Shown piece by piece: positions 40,101 through 48,869 of a DNA stretch of 64,000 bases; within the stretch, counting starts at the first letter, position 1, and the number at the start of each line of letters is the position of its first letter. The position numbers and the translations under genes were made by a program. The stretch is taken from contig JAHHIK010000029.1 of assembly GCA_019358935.1 (NCBI GenBank), positions 1-64,000 of the forward strand, written 5' to 3'. The notes beneath the pieces were generated by a model. It ran no database searches and had not been told where the DNA came from. It saw only the letters and a list, made by a program, of their open reading frames with translations. Source of the DNA: Tolypothrix carrinoi HA7290-LM1 (GTDB lineage: Bacteria > Cyanobacteriota > Cyanobacteriia > Cyanobacteriales > Nostocaceae).

Positions 40101-40589
40101 AGCAAGGACTTCCTTAAAAACTAAGGCAACAGACCACCCATCTAGCAACAGATGATGATGACTCCAGGTAAAGTTATAGGAAATGTCAGAAAGTTGAACC
40201 AGTGTTAAGCGCATCAATGGTGCTTGCTTAAGTTCAAAGCCACTAGAGCGATCGCTTTGCAAAAAAAGTTCTAACTTTTGTTGTTGTTCTTCTGGGGAGA
40301 GATGCTGCCAATTATACTCCTGCCACGGTAAGGTTACCTGTCGATGCACAATTTGTACTGGTTCTTTTAAGCCTTCCCAAACAAAGCAGGTTCGTAGAAT
40401 TGAATGTCGTTCTACAATATGCTGCCATGCGCGATGAAACGCTGTAACGTTGAGCTTTCCTTGAAGAGTCCAACTAAATTGTTCAAAATAGACACCAGAT
40501 TTAGGAGCTGCAAGACTGTGGAACAGAATGCCCTGCTGCATGGGCGAGAGGGGATAAAAATCTTCTATGTTTTTGTTTTTCACACCCAT
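34119..40589 (-). CDS. Bimodular NRPS C(DCL)-A(Gly)-PCP-C(LCL)-A(Thr)-PCP
   Basis: Codes are about DILQLGMIWK (Gly) and DFWNIGMVHK (Thr). HHLLLDG and HHIVSDG; two GGHS PCPs. Confidence 0.95.
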   Translation of the reverse strand: MGVKNKNIEDFYPLSPMQQGILFHSLAAPKSGVYFEQFSWTLQGKLNVTAFHRAWQHIVERHSILRTCFVWEGLKEPVQIVHRQVTLPWQEYNWQHLSPEEQQQKLELFLQSDRSSGFELKQAPLMRLTLVQLSDISYNFTWSHHHLLLDGWSVALVFKEVLACYKAFSNGQDLYLESIRPYRDYIVWLQQQNLSEAETFWRQMLKGFTTPTQLSVNQGARKLLTQTDDYDEGEVKLSVVTTAALQSVAKQHQLTLNTLVQGAWALLLSCYSGQEDVVFGAVTSGRPSTLAKAESMVGLFINTLPIRVQVSPEEFLLPWLEKIKDQLVEARQYEYCPLVKVQGWSEVPKDLSLFESIVVFENYTIDASVRQRDINLEIEDFHGFEKTNYPITLIVIPGDELLLKISCDDSDRFDTDTIKRMLGHLQTLLEGMATNQQQRLGELSLLTEHERHQLLVEWNQTQVEYPQDKCIHELFETQVERTPDAVAVVFEDEQLTYWELNARANQLAHYLRSLGVKSEVLVGICVERSLLMVIGLLAILKAGGAYVPLDPSYPQERIAYILEDSQAPVLLTQASLLEAMPQHKAKVVCLNTDWHLIAQQSQENLFSELTADNLAYVIYTSGSTGKPKGVQIPHIALSNFLYSMRQAPRLTEEDTLLAVTTYSFDIAALELFLPIIVGARLVVASREIVSDGTQLSAKLTDSKATVMQATPATWQLLLAAGWDGDHQLKILCGGEALPRHLANQLLDRCDSLWNMYGPTETTIWSAARLVQTVNNTVPISSPIANTQLYILDQYNQLVPVGVAGELCIGGEGLARGYFHRPDLTAEKFIPNPFSNKSARLYKTGDLAGYLPNGEIEYIGRIDNQVKLRGFRIELGEIETLISQYPAVRETVVIISEDSANSQRIIAYVVAQKEQTLVITELRSFLESKLPNYMVPAAFVTLEALPLTPNGKLDRKALPAPELTQVSSSNITPPSTPIENLLAGVWAEVLGIDKVGIDNNFFELGGHSLIATRVMSQIRQVFQVELPLRYLFEKPTIAGLAKEIEKAIKVDSGVEATNIERIARSPELPLSFAQQRLWFLAQLEPDSPFYNIPAAVRLQGQLNVEALQQSFNEIISRHEALRTNFQTREGQAVAVISKEKPLTLSIFDISELPTNQQEAEIKQQAAQDAQQPFDISSDHLLRVKLLRLGEQEHIILLTMHHIVSDGWSIGVLVQELAKLYQAFCNEQPSSLPALPIQYVDFAAWQRQWLQGEVLKTQKSYWLKHLENAPKVLELPTDHPRPTIQTFRGATYSFKLSPELSAALNKLSQQQGSTLFMTLLAGFQTLLGRYTGSEDIVVGSPIANRNRAEIEGLIGLFVNTLVLRTNLAGNPSFEELLKRVREVALGAYAYQDLPFELLVEQLQPQRDLSHTPLFQVMFVLQNAPISVLELPGLTLTPLESDSGTAQFDLTLSMTEIEEGLVGSLEYNTDLFEESSIQRMAGHLQTLLEGIVANPQQRLSELPLLTKSEQHQLLREWNNTEVEYSQQLCIHQLFEAQVEKTPDAVAVVFEDKQLTYGELNAKANQLAHYLRSLGVKPEVLVGICVERSLLMVIGLLAILKAGGAYVPLDPAYPPERLAFILQDAQVSVLLTQQHLIENLPKNQISVVCLDTNWESIAQQSLQNPISECTTDNLAYIIYTSGSTGQPKGVLVNHSNVVRLLATTEFWYNFNQQDVWTLFHSIAFDFSVWEIWGALLYGGRLIVVPYWLSRSPEDFYKLLLTQQVTILNQTPSAFRQLMQVEKSLGNSNNLSLRKVIFGGEALQLESLRPWFERHGDESPQLVNMYGITETTVHVTYRPLKIADLEVAPASVIGRPIPDLQVYLLDSYGQPVPIAVPGEMYIGGAGVVRGYLNRPELTAQRFISNPFSDKPSARLYKSGDLARYLPNGDIEYLGRIDHQVKIRGFRIELGEIEAVISQYPVVRETVVIVSEGSADSQRIVAYVVPQKEQTLTISELRSFLESKLPNYMMPAAFVTLEALPLTPNGKVDRKALPAPDTVRPELEVVYQPPQTEVEKTIADIWQKLLQVEEVGIHDNFFELGGHSLFLVQVHGKLREILKKDLSVLDLFRYPTINSLANYLNHLKNKQPSSDIMVNVREKIADGKAQQRKRLQKIKSIENTYN
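34540..36000. repeat. Near-identical duplicated Thr A domain, copy 1 (copy 2 at ~42344-43804)
   Basis: The two copies match at an offset of 7804 bp; about 34558-35855 appears identical by eye. Confidence 0.9.
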
Positions 40590-40590
40590 G

Positions 40591-43500
40591 TCAGATATCT
40601 CCTATAGCTGCTGTAATGGCATCGAGATCGGTTTGATCCCATTGGCTTTGCTGAAAATTTGCAAAGTCGGAAGGGGTAAAGCCTCCCGCATCGGGAGATT
40701 GGCAATGAGCAATAAGCGATCGCAGTGTCTCAATAAACTTTTGAGCAAGTACTTCAATCGTGGTGTGCCGATGCAACTTATTGCTGTAAGTCCAGCTCAT
40801 TTCCAGATGTCCCTGATAAATACCACCGTTAATTTCCAGTAAGTGAGTTCGTTTACTTCGCAAACTACGAGTGGAACCACTCGACCCTTGCACTAAGCTA
40901 AACAAAGATGATTCTGGTAAAACTTGATCGAACTGTCCTAAATAGTTGAAAGCAACTTCAGCCTTTGACGAGGAAAATTGTTCGGCTATTTGCTTGTCCT
41001 GACTAAGATAGCGCAGTAATCCATAGCCAATACCTCGATTTGGAATTGCTCGTAGCTGCTCTTTAATCGACTTCAAGGCTTTTCCTGGATCGTTGGCATT
41101 TTCAAGATTTAGGTGTACTGGGAAAATAGTTGTGAACCAACCCACAGTCCTCGATAAGTCCACATCCTCGAAGATTTCTTCTCGCCCATGCCCTTCCAAG
41201 TCAATTAGTAGAGAATTTTCTCCCGTCCACTGGTTAAACGTTAATATAAGTGCTGTTAACAATACATCATTAATTTGTGTCCGGTAAGCTGCTGGTACTT
41301 GTTGCAGCAAACTTTGGGTTTCTTCTGCGGACAGCGATATTGATACAATAGAAGCGGTTTCTTCTATATTATTTCTACCAGGAAAATCTCTTGGTATAGG
41401 CGAAACCGATTGATATTGTGTTGTATGCCAGAAGTCTAGCTCTGAAAGTAGTGCTGAAGATTGTGCATATTTTTGTAGACGGCTAGACCATTGTTTGTAA
41501 GAAGTTGTTTTGGGTGGCAACTTTATTGCTTTGCTCTGAATAATTTGCTGGTAAGCTGTTTGAAAATCTTCAATTAAAATTCGCCAAGAGACACCATCAA
41601 CAGCTAAGTGGTGAATAATCCAAAGCAAGCGGTTGGCTTGATTGTCGCCCAAGTTGAAAAGCGCAACCCGCAATAACGGTCCTTGTGATAGATTTAAGCT
41701 GGCTTGCAGTTTAGTTGCTGCTGCTTCTATTGCTGCCGATTGTCGATCTTTTGGCAGTACTGAAAAATCGAAGCATGTCAGTGGTATTACATCATCAGGA
41801 CTAACGATAAGTGCTTGAGTACTAAATTCCTCCTGTATAAATCGTAAACGTAGGACATCATGATGTTTTTGTAGAGACTCTATGATTTTCTCTAAGACTA
41901 CAGGGTCAATGTTCTGCTTGCTTTCTAAGAATACAGCCTGATTCCAGTGGTGTGCTTCTGGTTGCTTTTGTTCAAAAAACCATTGCTGAATGGGTATTAG
42001 CTCTAGCGCTCCAGTTAACACTCCTTGTTCAGCTTGAACTTTCTGAGTTGTACCAATTACTGTCGCTAATTGGGCAATAGTTTGGTACTGAAACATTTGC
42101 TTAGGAGTTAGGTGCAGCCCTGCTTGGTTGACTTTGGATATTACTTGAAGGCTAAGAATAGAATCTCCACCTAATCTAAAAAAGTTATCGTTTATACCTA
42201 TATTTTCCAGACCTAATACTTCTGCCCATATAACAGCCAACTGCTTTTCAACGGTCGTCTGTGGTGCAATAAAGGTTTCTTCCAATTCAGGTCTTACTGT
42301 ATCAGATGCAGGCAGCGCTTTGCGATCAAGCTTACCATTGGATGTTAGTGGTAGTGCCTCCAATGTGACAAAAGCTGCTGGCATCATGTAGTTCGGCAAC
42401 TTTGACTCTAAAAAACTACGTAGTTCAGAAATTGTTAGTGTTTGCTCTTTTTGAGGAACTACATAAGCAACTATTCGTTGAGAGTCTGCTGAACCTTCGC
42501 TGACTATAACTACAGTTTCTCGCACTACTGGGTATTGGCTGATTACTGCCTCTATTTCTCCCAGTTCAATCCGGAAACCACGTATCTTGACTTGGTGGTC
42601 AATCCGACCTAAATATTCAATGTCTCCATTCGGCAGATAGCGGGCTAAATCACCAGATTTATAAAGGCGTGCGCTTGGTTTGTCACTAAAGGGATTAGAA
42701 ATAAATCTTTGGGCTGTTAGTTCTGGTCGGTTTAAATAACCCCGTACCACACCAGCACCACCAATATACATTTCACCTGGTACTGCAATAGGTACTGGCT
42801 GCCCATAGCTATCTAGTAAGTAAACTTGCAAGTCAGGAATTGGACGACCAATAACACTTGCTGGTGCTACTTCTAAGTCTGCTATTTTTAGCGGACGATA
42901 TGTGACATGCACGGTCGTTTCCGTAATACCGTACATATTGACTAACTGTGGTGACTCGTCGCCATGACGCTCAAACCAAGGTCTTAAACTCTCAAGTTGC
43001 AACGCTTCTCCACCAAAAATTACTTTTCGCAGGCTTAAGTTGTTACTATTTCCCAGCGATTTCTCTACCTGCATCAGTTGACGGAAAGCGGAAGGTGTCT
43101 GGTTAAGTATCGTTACTTGCTGTGTTAATAGTAATTTATAAAAGTCTTCAGGTGAACGACTCAGCCAGTACGGTACTACTATCAATCGTCCACCATAAAG
43201 TAAGGCACCCCAGATTTCCCAAACGGAAAAATCAAAGGCTATAGAATGGAATAGTGTCCATACATCCTGTTGGTTAAAGTTATACCAGAATTCAGTTGTT
43301 GCCAACAGACGAACTACATTGCTGTGATTGACTAAGACACCCTTGGGTTGACCTGTTGAGCCAGAGGTGTAGATAATATAAGCTAGGTTATCAGTTGTAC
43401 ATTCACTAATTGGATTTTGTAAGCTTTGTTGAGCTATACTTTCCCAATTCGTGTCTAGACAAACAACGCTAATCTGATTTTTCGGTAAATTCTCTATCAG

Positions 43501-45339
43501 GTGCTGCTGTGTTAGTAATACTGACACCTGAGCATCTTGCAATATGAAAGCTAAACGTTCTGGTGGATACGCCGGGTCTAAGGGTACATATGCACCACCT
43601 GCTTTGAGGATGGCTAATAGTCCGATGACCATTAAGAGCGATCGCTCTACACAAATCCCCACCAATACCTCTGGTTTTACTCCCAGCGAGCGCAAATAAT
43701 GCGCCAATTGGTTAGCTTTTGCGTTCAGTTCCCCATAGGTCAACTGTTGGTCTTCAAATACTACAGCTACTGCATCAGGCGTTTTTTCTACTTGCGCTTC
43801 AAATAATTCATGGATACATTTATCCTGGGGGTAATCAGTAGTTGTATCATTCCAGTTAACTAAAAGAGTCTGACGCTCAGGTTCTGTTAATAGCGGCAAA
43901 TCTGATAAACGCTTCCCTGGTTGGTTAACAATACCCTCTAACAAATTGGTAAAATGCCCCACCATTCTCTCAATAGTCGCAGCATCAAACAAATCTGTGT
44001 TGTACTCCCACCACCCCCACAGTTCTGGTTTTGAATCCACCACATGAAGCGCTAAATCGAATTTAGCTGTTTCACTATGGTTTTGAAGCCATTTTAGAGT
44101 TAGTCCTGGTAGCACCAAATCTTTTTTAGTATCTTCCTGCAAAGCAAAGGTTACTTGAAACAGTGGGGTATGACTGAGATTTCGCTCAGGGTGTAGTTCT
44201 CCCACTAATCGATCAAAAGGTAGGTCTGCATGGGCATAAGCTCCTACGCATACTTGGCGCACTCGATTGAGCAATTCTAAAAAACTTGGGTTTCCAGAAA
44301 GGTCTGTACGAAACACAAGGGTATTGACAAAAAAACCGATTAGTCGTTCAATATCAGCATGGTTGCGATTAGCAATTGGAGAGCCAATGCAAATGTCTTC
44401 TTGACTTGTGTAGCGGTACAATTGTGCTTGAAATGCCGCTAACAAGGTCATAAACAGGGTAACTCCCTGCTTCTTGCTCAAAGACCTCAGCATACCAGTC
44501 AAGTGTGATGATAGCTTAAAAAAGCTAGCTGCTCCTTTGAAACTTTGTGCTGGAGGTCGCTGACGGTCTATTGGCAGAGACAAAGTGGTTGGAGCATCTG
44601 CCAGTTGCTGCTTCCAATATGAAAGTTGGGTTTTTTCTCGCTCACCTTGCAACCACTGATGTTGCCAGATAGAATAGTCTGCGTATTGAATGGGTAGTTC
44701 TGAAAGCGGGGAAGATTTATCAGCAGAGAAAGCTTCGTATAATACAGCTAATTCTTGGTTAAGCACTTGTATTGACCAGCCATCACAGACAATGTGGTGG
44801 ATGACTAACAAGAGTAAATGTTCCTGTTCACCAGTCTGTAATAACATCACTCGCAGCAACGGACTGGATGCTAAGTCGAAAGGCTTTTGAGCAACTTCAG
44901 CAGTTAGCCGCTCAACTTCAGCATCTTGCAATGCTTGGGGTAAGTCGCTCAAGTTGATCATTGGCAACTCTACAGTCAAAGTGGGATGAATTACTTGAAC
45001 TGGTTGCTCATCTAAAGTTTCAAAAGAGGTTCGCAGAGATTCATGACGTTTTACAATTTCATTAAGACTCTTCTCTAATGCTGCAAAATTCAGAATACCT
45101 TTTAACTGTATACACGCAAATTCGTTGTAAACAGAACTTTGGGGTTCTAACTGTTGGAGAAACCATAGTCGCTGCTGGGGTGCGGACAGAGGAACTGGAC
45201 TTTGCTGGGTGCGGCAAGGAATAACTATTTGATGAGTATCAGGCTCATGCTCACCTCCTAAGCGCTTTTCTAAAATTGCTTGTTTAGCAGGTGAAAGCTT
45301 AGAACGTCGTTTAATAATTTCATCTACTTTGCTATCCAT
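40591..45339 (-). CDS. NRPS C-A(Thr)-PCP-E
   Basis: Code DFWNIGMVHK; PCP GGDSI; E domain HHLAVDGVSW, EGHGRE and RTVGWFT. Likely start is MDSKV at 45339 (ORF track 45381). Confidence 0.95.
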   Translation of the reverse strand: MDSKVDEIIKRRSKLSPAKQAILEKRLGGEHEPDTHQIVIPCRTQQSPVPLSAPQQRLWFLQQLEPQSSVYNEFACIQLKGILNFAALEKSLNEIVKRHESLRTSFETLDEQPVQVIHPTLTVELPMINLSDLPQALQDAEVERLTAEVAQKPFDLASSPLLRVMLLQTGEQEHLLLLVIHHIVCDGWSIQVLNQELAVLYEAFSADKSSPLSELPIQYADYSIWQHQWLQGEREKTQLSYWKQQLADAPTTLSLPIDRQRPPAQSFKGAASFFKLSSHLTGMLRSLSKKQGVTLFMTLLAAFQAQLYRYTSQEDICIGSPIANRNHADIERLIGFFVNTLVFRTDLSGNPSFLELLNRVRQVCVGAYAHADLPFDRLVGELHPERNLSHTPLFQVTFALQEDTKKDLVLPGLTLKWLQNHSETAKFDLALHVVDSKPELWGWWEYNTDLFDAATIERMVGHFTNLLEGIVNQPGKRLSDLPLLTEPERQTLLVNWNDTTTDYPQDKCIHELFEAQVEKTPDAVAVVFEDQQLTYGELNAKANQLAHYLRSLGVKPEVLVGICVERSLLMVIGLLAILKAGGAYVPLDPAYPPERLAFILQDAQVSVLLTQQHLIENLPKNQISVVCLDTNWESIAQQSLQNPISECTTDNLAYIIYTSGSTGQPKGVLVNHSNVVRLLATTEFWYNFNQQDVWTLFHSIAFDFSVWEIWGALLYGGRLIVVPYWLSRSPEDFYKLLLTQQVTILNQTPSAFRQLMQVEKSLGNSNNLSLRKVIFGGEALQLESLRPWFERHGDESPQLVNMYGITETTVHVTYRPLKIADLEVAPASVIGRPIPDLQVYLLDSYGQPVPIAVPGEMYIGGAGVVRGYLNRPELTAQRFISNPFSDKPSARLYKSGDLARYLPNGDIEYLGRIDHQVKIRGFRIELGEIEAVISQYPVVRETVVIVSEGSADSQRIVAYVVPQKEQTLTISELRSFLESKLPNYMMPAAFVTLEALPLTSNGKLDRKALPASDTVRPELEETFIAPQTTVEKQLAVIWAEVLGLENIGINDNFFRLGGDSILSLQVISKVNQAGLHLTPKQMFQYQTIAQLATVIGTTQKVQAEQGVLTGALELIPIQQWFFEQKQPEAHHWNQAVFLESKQNIDPVVLEKIIESLQKHHDVLRLRFIQEEFSTQALIVSPDDVIPLTCFDFSVLPKDRQSAAIEAAATKLQASLNLSQGPLLRVALFNLGDNQANRLLWIIHHLAVDGVSWRILIEDFQTAYQQIIQSKAIKLPPKTTSYKQWSSRLQKYAQSSALLSELDFWHTTQYQSVSPIPRDFPGRNNIEETASIVSISLSAEETQSLLQQVPAAYRTQINDVLLTALILTFNQWTGENSLLIDLEGHGREEIFEDVDLSRTVGWFTTIFPVHLNLENANDPGKALKSIKEQLRAIPNRGIGYGLLRYLSQDKQIAEQFSSSKAEVAFNYLGQFDQVLPESSLFSLVQGSSGSTRSLRSKRTHLLEINGGIYQGHLEMSWTYSNKLHRHTTIEVLAQKFIETLRSLIAHCQSPDAGGFTPSDFANFQQSQWDQTDLDAITAAIGDI
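42344..43804. repeat. Near-identical duplicated Thr A domain, copy 2
   Basis: Matches 34540-36000; the proteins are identical across the core A domain. Confidence 0.9.
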
Positions 45340-45381
45340 AATATTAGTCTTATAATTTATCAATATTTTATTAATAAACAA

Positions 45382-46452
45382 TTAATCAATTACTTGAAAA
45401 TTTACATACGAAGGTATAGGTTGAATTCGAGTTAAATCATTTTCAAAAACAACTGAATTTCCATTATTTTCAATTTCTTTAAAGCCAGCAAATTTATAAG
45501 ATATATACATCATTCTATTGCGATTGTTTGGTACAAACTCTGCCAAAAGGCGAACATTATTGCTTTGAGACAAATTCATAACATGATTCATCATAATTGT
45601 CCCGACTCCCCTCGACATAACGCGACAAGACATTAGTAAAAGCTTGATTGTCCATGATTTAGACTGGCATTCAATCAGAACTAAACCTATTTTTCCATAG
45701 CTTCCATACTTATCTTCCAGATTTGCAATCAGCAGTTTATGATTTTCTGATTGACGAAAATGATTGAGTTCGTCATAGGAGTACGTATAACCAGTTGTGT
45801 TCAATTGGTTGGTTCGTAACGTTAATTCTTCTGCACGCTGCAAATCTTCTTCTTTTGCAGAGGATATTGTGAAATTCATGTTGAGAGTAGCTAAGAATTC
45901 ATCTGTTGTGCCTACAAATTCTTTCTCTACATTTTGACGCTCTATATCATTAATATACATCAATCTTCTAATTCGTGAATCTTCCGTAACAAAACGGGGA
46001 TTCATGACTGCCATATCTAAAATATCTCCTATATCATCTGCGTTGATACAGAGAATTTCTGGCAGGGTAAATTTTACTTCTTCTAGTTCAAATAATTGAT
46101 CATCAACAAAAGCGATCGCATCCAGACCAATATTCAGTAACTTAGCAATTTCTTTCAGAGAAGTAGCTTTAGAGTTCCAATTTATTTGTGGATATAAAAA
46201 ATATTCTGTTAAACCAAATTCATCTAGTTTGGCTATTGCTGTAGCACGTTCGTTCTTACTAGCTATAGATTGTAGGATACCACGATTATCTAAAGTATGA
46301 ATAAGATTTACTATATTTTCTCGCCGATAAACTTTCTCATCTTCCAGCAAAACTCCGTGCCATAGGGTATTATCTAGATCCCAAACGACACATTTAATAA
46401 CTTTTTTGTCTTTTTGTTTGCTATTTATGTCTTGCTCTTTAGTACTAATCAT
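45382..46452 (-). CDS. fkbH: FkbH-like glyceryl-ACP synthase (HAD-IIIC)
   Basis: KCVVWDLDNTLW, SIASKN, RTNQLN and LLMSCRVMSRG motifs. Confidence 0.92.
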   Translation of the reverse strand: MISTKEQDINSKQKDKKVIKCVVWDLDNTLWHGVLLEDEKVYRRENIVNLIHTLDNRGILQSIASKNERATAIAKLDEFGLTEYFLYPQINWNSKATSLKEIAKLLNIGLDAIAFVDDQLFELEEVKFTLPEILCINADDIGDILDMAVMNPRFVTEDSRIRRLMYINDIERQNVEKEFVGTTDEFLATLNMNFTISSAKEEDLQRAEELTLRTNQLNTTGYTYSYDELNHFRQSENHKLLIANLEDKYGSYGKIGLVLIECQSKSWTIKLLLMSCRVMSRGVGTIMMNHVMNLSQSNNVRLLAEFVPNNRNRMMYISYKFAGFKEIENNGNSVVFENDLTRIQPIPSYVNFQVID

Positions 46453-46455
46453 ATC

Positions 46456-47640
46456 TTAAATTCTCTCTGCTAATTTATTTTCCAGAATAGTAGGAACAGT
46501 TGAAAAAAGATAATCTTGATAACCTGAGTCTGCGATAGTAATTTCTTGAATTTGAGTACTCCCTTCAATGATTTCCATGATTTTAGAGTCTCGTAAATAC
46601 CTTTCTACAGGGTATTCACTACTACAACCATTGCCACCATGAATTTGCACGGCATCATTTGCTATTTTGGTAGCTACTATGGATGCAAAATACTTCGCAA
46701 TGGAAGTCTCCATAATCGAGTTGGGGTCGTTAATGTCTTTGAGATAACCAGCTTGATAACATAATAGCCTTGCTGCTTTCACGTTAGCGATCATCTGACT
46801 AATCATTTGGCGGATTAATTGATGTTCTTTAAGATAAACGCCAAACTGTTTTCGCTCATTTGTATACTTGATACAAGCTTCCAAACAAGCTTGAGCAATA
46901 CCTACACAACCCGATGCCACACTATATCTACCATAATCAAGTGCAGTAGCAGCAATGTAGGAAAATCCAAAACCCAGTTTACCTACTAAATTTTCTAAAG
47001 AAACGTGACAGTTATTAAATTGCAATTCTGCTGACATTGAAGCCCTAACACCTAAAATACCAGACATCGGTTTGACTGAAAGTCCTGGACTATTTTTTTC
47101 AACTAAAAAAGCAGTGGGTTTACCCTCACATTTAGCAAAGACCAAAAATACATCTGCTATTTGTCCATAGGTAATCCATTTCTTTTGCCCATTTAAAATA
47201 TAAGCATCATCAGCAAGTGTTGCTGTTGTTTCTACACTTTTGGCATCGCTACCTACATTAGGTTCGCTTAATGCAAAAGCAGCTATCATTTCTCCAGATG
47301 CAAATTTGGGAAGCCAATACTGTTTTTGAAATTTATTACCCCATTTACACAAAGCATGAGCAACCATGTTGTGAACTGTCAGCAAACTCCGCACAGAAGA
47401 ACATCCCCGTCCAATTTCCTCATTGAGAATGGCATAGGTAATCATGTCCATACCTTGACCGCCATATTCGTGAGGTAATATGGCACCGAGAAAACCACGT
47501 TCAGCTATTTTTATAATTAGTTTTGGCGGAGTAAATTCTTTCCTATCCCATTCCCCAGCATCAGGACATATTTCCTGATTGACAAAAGCTCTAAATTCAG
47601 CTTTAGCATTTTTTTGTTGAGCAGATAGTTCTAGTTTCAT
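46456..47640 (-). CDS. Acyl-CoA/ACP dehydrogenase (FkbI/ZmaE-like)
   Basis: FALSEPNVGSD, QIHGGNG and MEIIEGSTQIQ motifs; lies within the Fkb cassette. Confidence 0.9.
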   Translation of the reverse strand: MKLELSAQQKNAKAEFRAFVNQEICPDAGEWDRKEFTPPKLIIKIAERGFLGAILPHEYGGQGMDMITYAILNEEIGRGCSSVRSLLTVHNMVAHALCKWGNKFQKQYWLPKFASGEMIAAFALSEPNVGSDAKSVETTATLADDAYILNGQKKWITYGQIADVFLVFAKCEGKPTAFLVEKNSPGLSVKPMSGILGVRASMSAELQFNNCHVSLENLVGKLGFGFSYIAATALDYGRYSVASGCVGIAQACLEACIKYTNERKQFGVYLKEHQLIRQMISQMIANVKAARLLCYQAGYLKDINDPNSIMETSIAKYFASIVATKIANDAVQIHGGNGCSSEYPVERYLRDSKIMEIIEGSTQIQEITIADSGYQDYLFSTVPTILENKLAERI

Positions 47641-47677
47641 AATACCATTTATGCCACGTAAAATGGCAATTTATATT

Positions 47678-47929
47678 TTATTGCTGCACGAGAATAGCAG
47701 TTTTACTTTCAATTAAATTAGCGATAGAGTTTATTGTGCGGAAATTTTCAAATTCTAAGTCTTCGTTTTCAATGACAATCTGAAACTCTTGCTCTACAAA
47801 CAAAACAAGTTGCATGGCAAACATAGAATTGACAAACCCTAGAGCAAAAATGTCTTCATCTGGTTGCAAATCATGATTGCCGAAAAATTTTGAAAGGAAA
47901 GTTTTTATTCTAACTTGAATTTGGTTCAT
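47678..47929 (-). CDS. Stand-alone acyl carrier protein (FkbJ/ZmaD-like)
   Basis: 83 aa with DIFALGFVNSMFAMQLV, an NS-type phosphopantetheine motif typical of extender-unit ACPs. Confidence 0.9.
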   Translation of the reverse strand: MNQIQVRIKTFLSKFFGNHDLQPDEDIFALGFVNSMFAMQLVLFVEQEFQIVIENEDLEFENFRTINSIANLIESKTAILVQQ

Positions 47930-47944
47930 TAGTCTTGATTATTC

Positions 47945-48799
47945 CTATTGATATACGTAAAATCCTTTTCCACTTTTTCTTCCATGCAACCCTGCATCTA
48001 CCATTTTTTTTAGTAAAGGGCATGGTCTGTACTTACTATCGTTAAAGTTTTCGTACAAGACTTGGATAGAAAATAAAATGGTGTCTAGCCCAATCAAATC
48101 AGCTGTTTCTAAAGGTCCCATTTTGTGCTCAAAACAGCTTTTAAAAATTTTGTCTACATCTTCCACTGAGGCAACTTGGTCTTGTAGTAAGAAAATGGCT
48201 TCATTAATCGTCAACATTAAAACTCGGTTGGAAACAAAACCCGGTGAATCATTAACAATTATGCATTCTTTACCCATCTGAGCTAGCATTTTTTTTGCTG
48301 TCTCAATTGTTGTGTCAGAGGTATGATATCCACGAATCATTTCCACCATCGGCTTCATGGGTACAGGATTCATAAAGTGAATACCAACAATTTTATCGGC
48401 ACGCTTGGTGACTGAAGCAATGCGGGTAATGGGAATAGCTGATGTGTTAGCGGCGAATACGCAATCTGCCGGACAAATAGAATCTAGTAGTGGATATATC
48501 TTTCTTTTAATATCCCATTTTTCGGTGACATTTTCAACTACAAAATCTACATTTTCCAGATTTTTATAGTTTGTCGAAAACTCTATTTTTTCGATGATAC
48601 CATCTGGAGTTTCTTTGCGCTCGCTTTTTTTGAATAAACCCTGAAAGCGGATATTATTCCTGATTTCCTGTTTAGCTTTATCCAGGATATTTTCCGAAAT
48701 ATCTACTAGAATGACTTGATGACCTGTTTGGGCGAGGTTTTGTGCAACCCCTATTCCCATTACCCCTGCACCAACAACACCTACTGTTTGAATATTCAT
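47945..48799 (-). CDS. 3-hydroxyacyl-CoA/ACP dehydrogenase (FkbK/ZmaG-like)
   Basis: VVGAGVMG, ANTS, HFMNPV, GFVSNR and MGPLETADLIGLD motifs. Confidence 0.92.
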   Translation of the reverse strand: MNIQTVGVVGAGVMGIGVAQNLAQTGHQVILVDISENILDKAKQEIRNNIRFQGLFKKSERKETPDGIIEKIEFSTNYKNLENVDFVVENVTEKWDIKRKIYPLLDSICPADCVFAANTSAIPITRIASVTKRADKIVGIHFMNPVPMKPMVEMIRGYHTSDTTIETAKKMLAQMGKECIIVNDSPGFVSNRVLMLTINEAIFLLQDQVASVEDVDKIFKSCFEHKMGPLETADLIGLDTILFSIQVLYENFNDSKYRPCPLLKKMVDAGLHGRKSGKGFYVYQ

Positions 48800-48869
48800 A
48801 ATTAATCCGGTAAGCGAATATTTTTCCTGATTTTCAGTTAAGCTTTTCCAAATTAAAATTAGCTTAAAC

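Noticed and set aside
45382..48799. Fatty-acid beta-oxidation genes
   Set aside because: The dehydrogenases flank an NS-type ACP and FkbH, the extender-unit cassette arrangement; no thiolase or hydratase is present.
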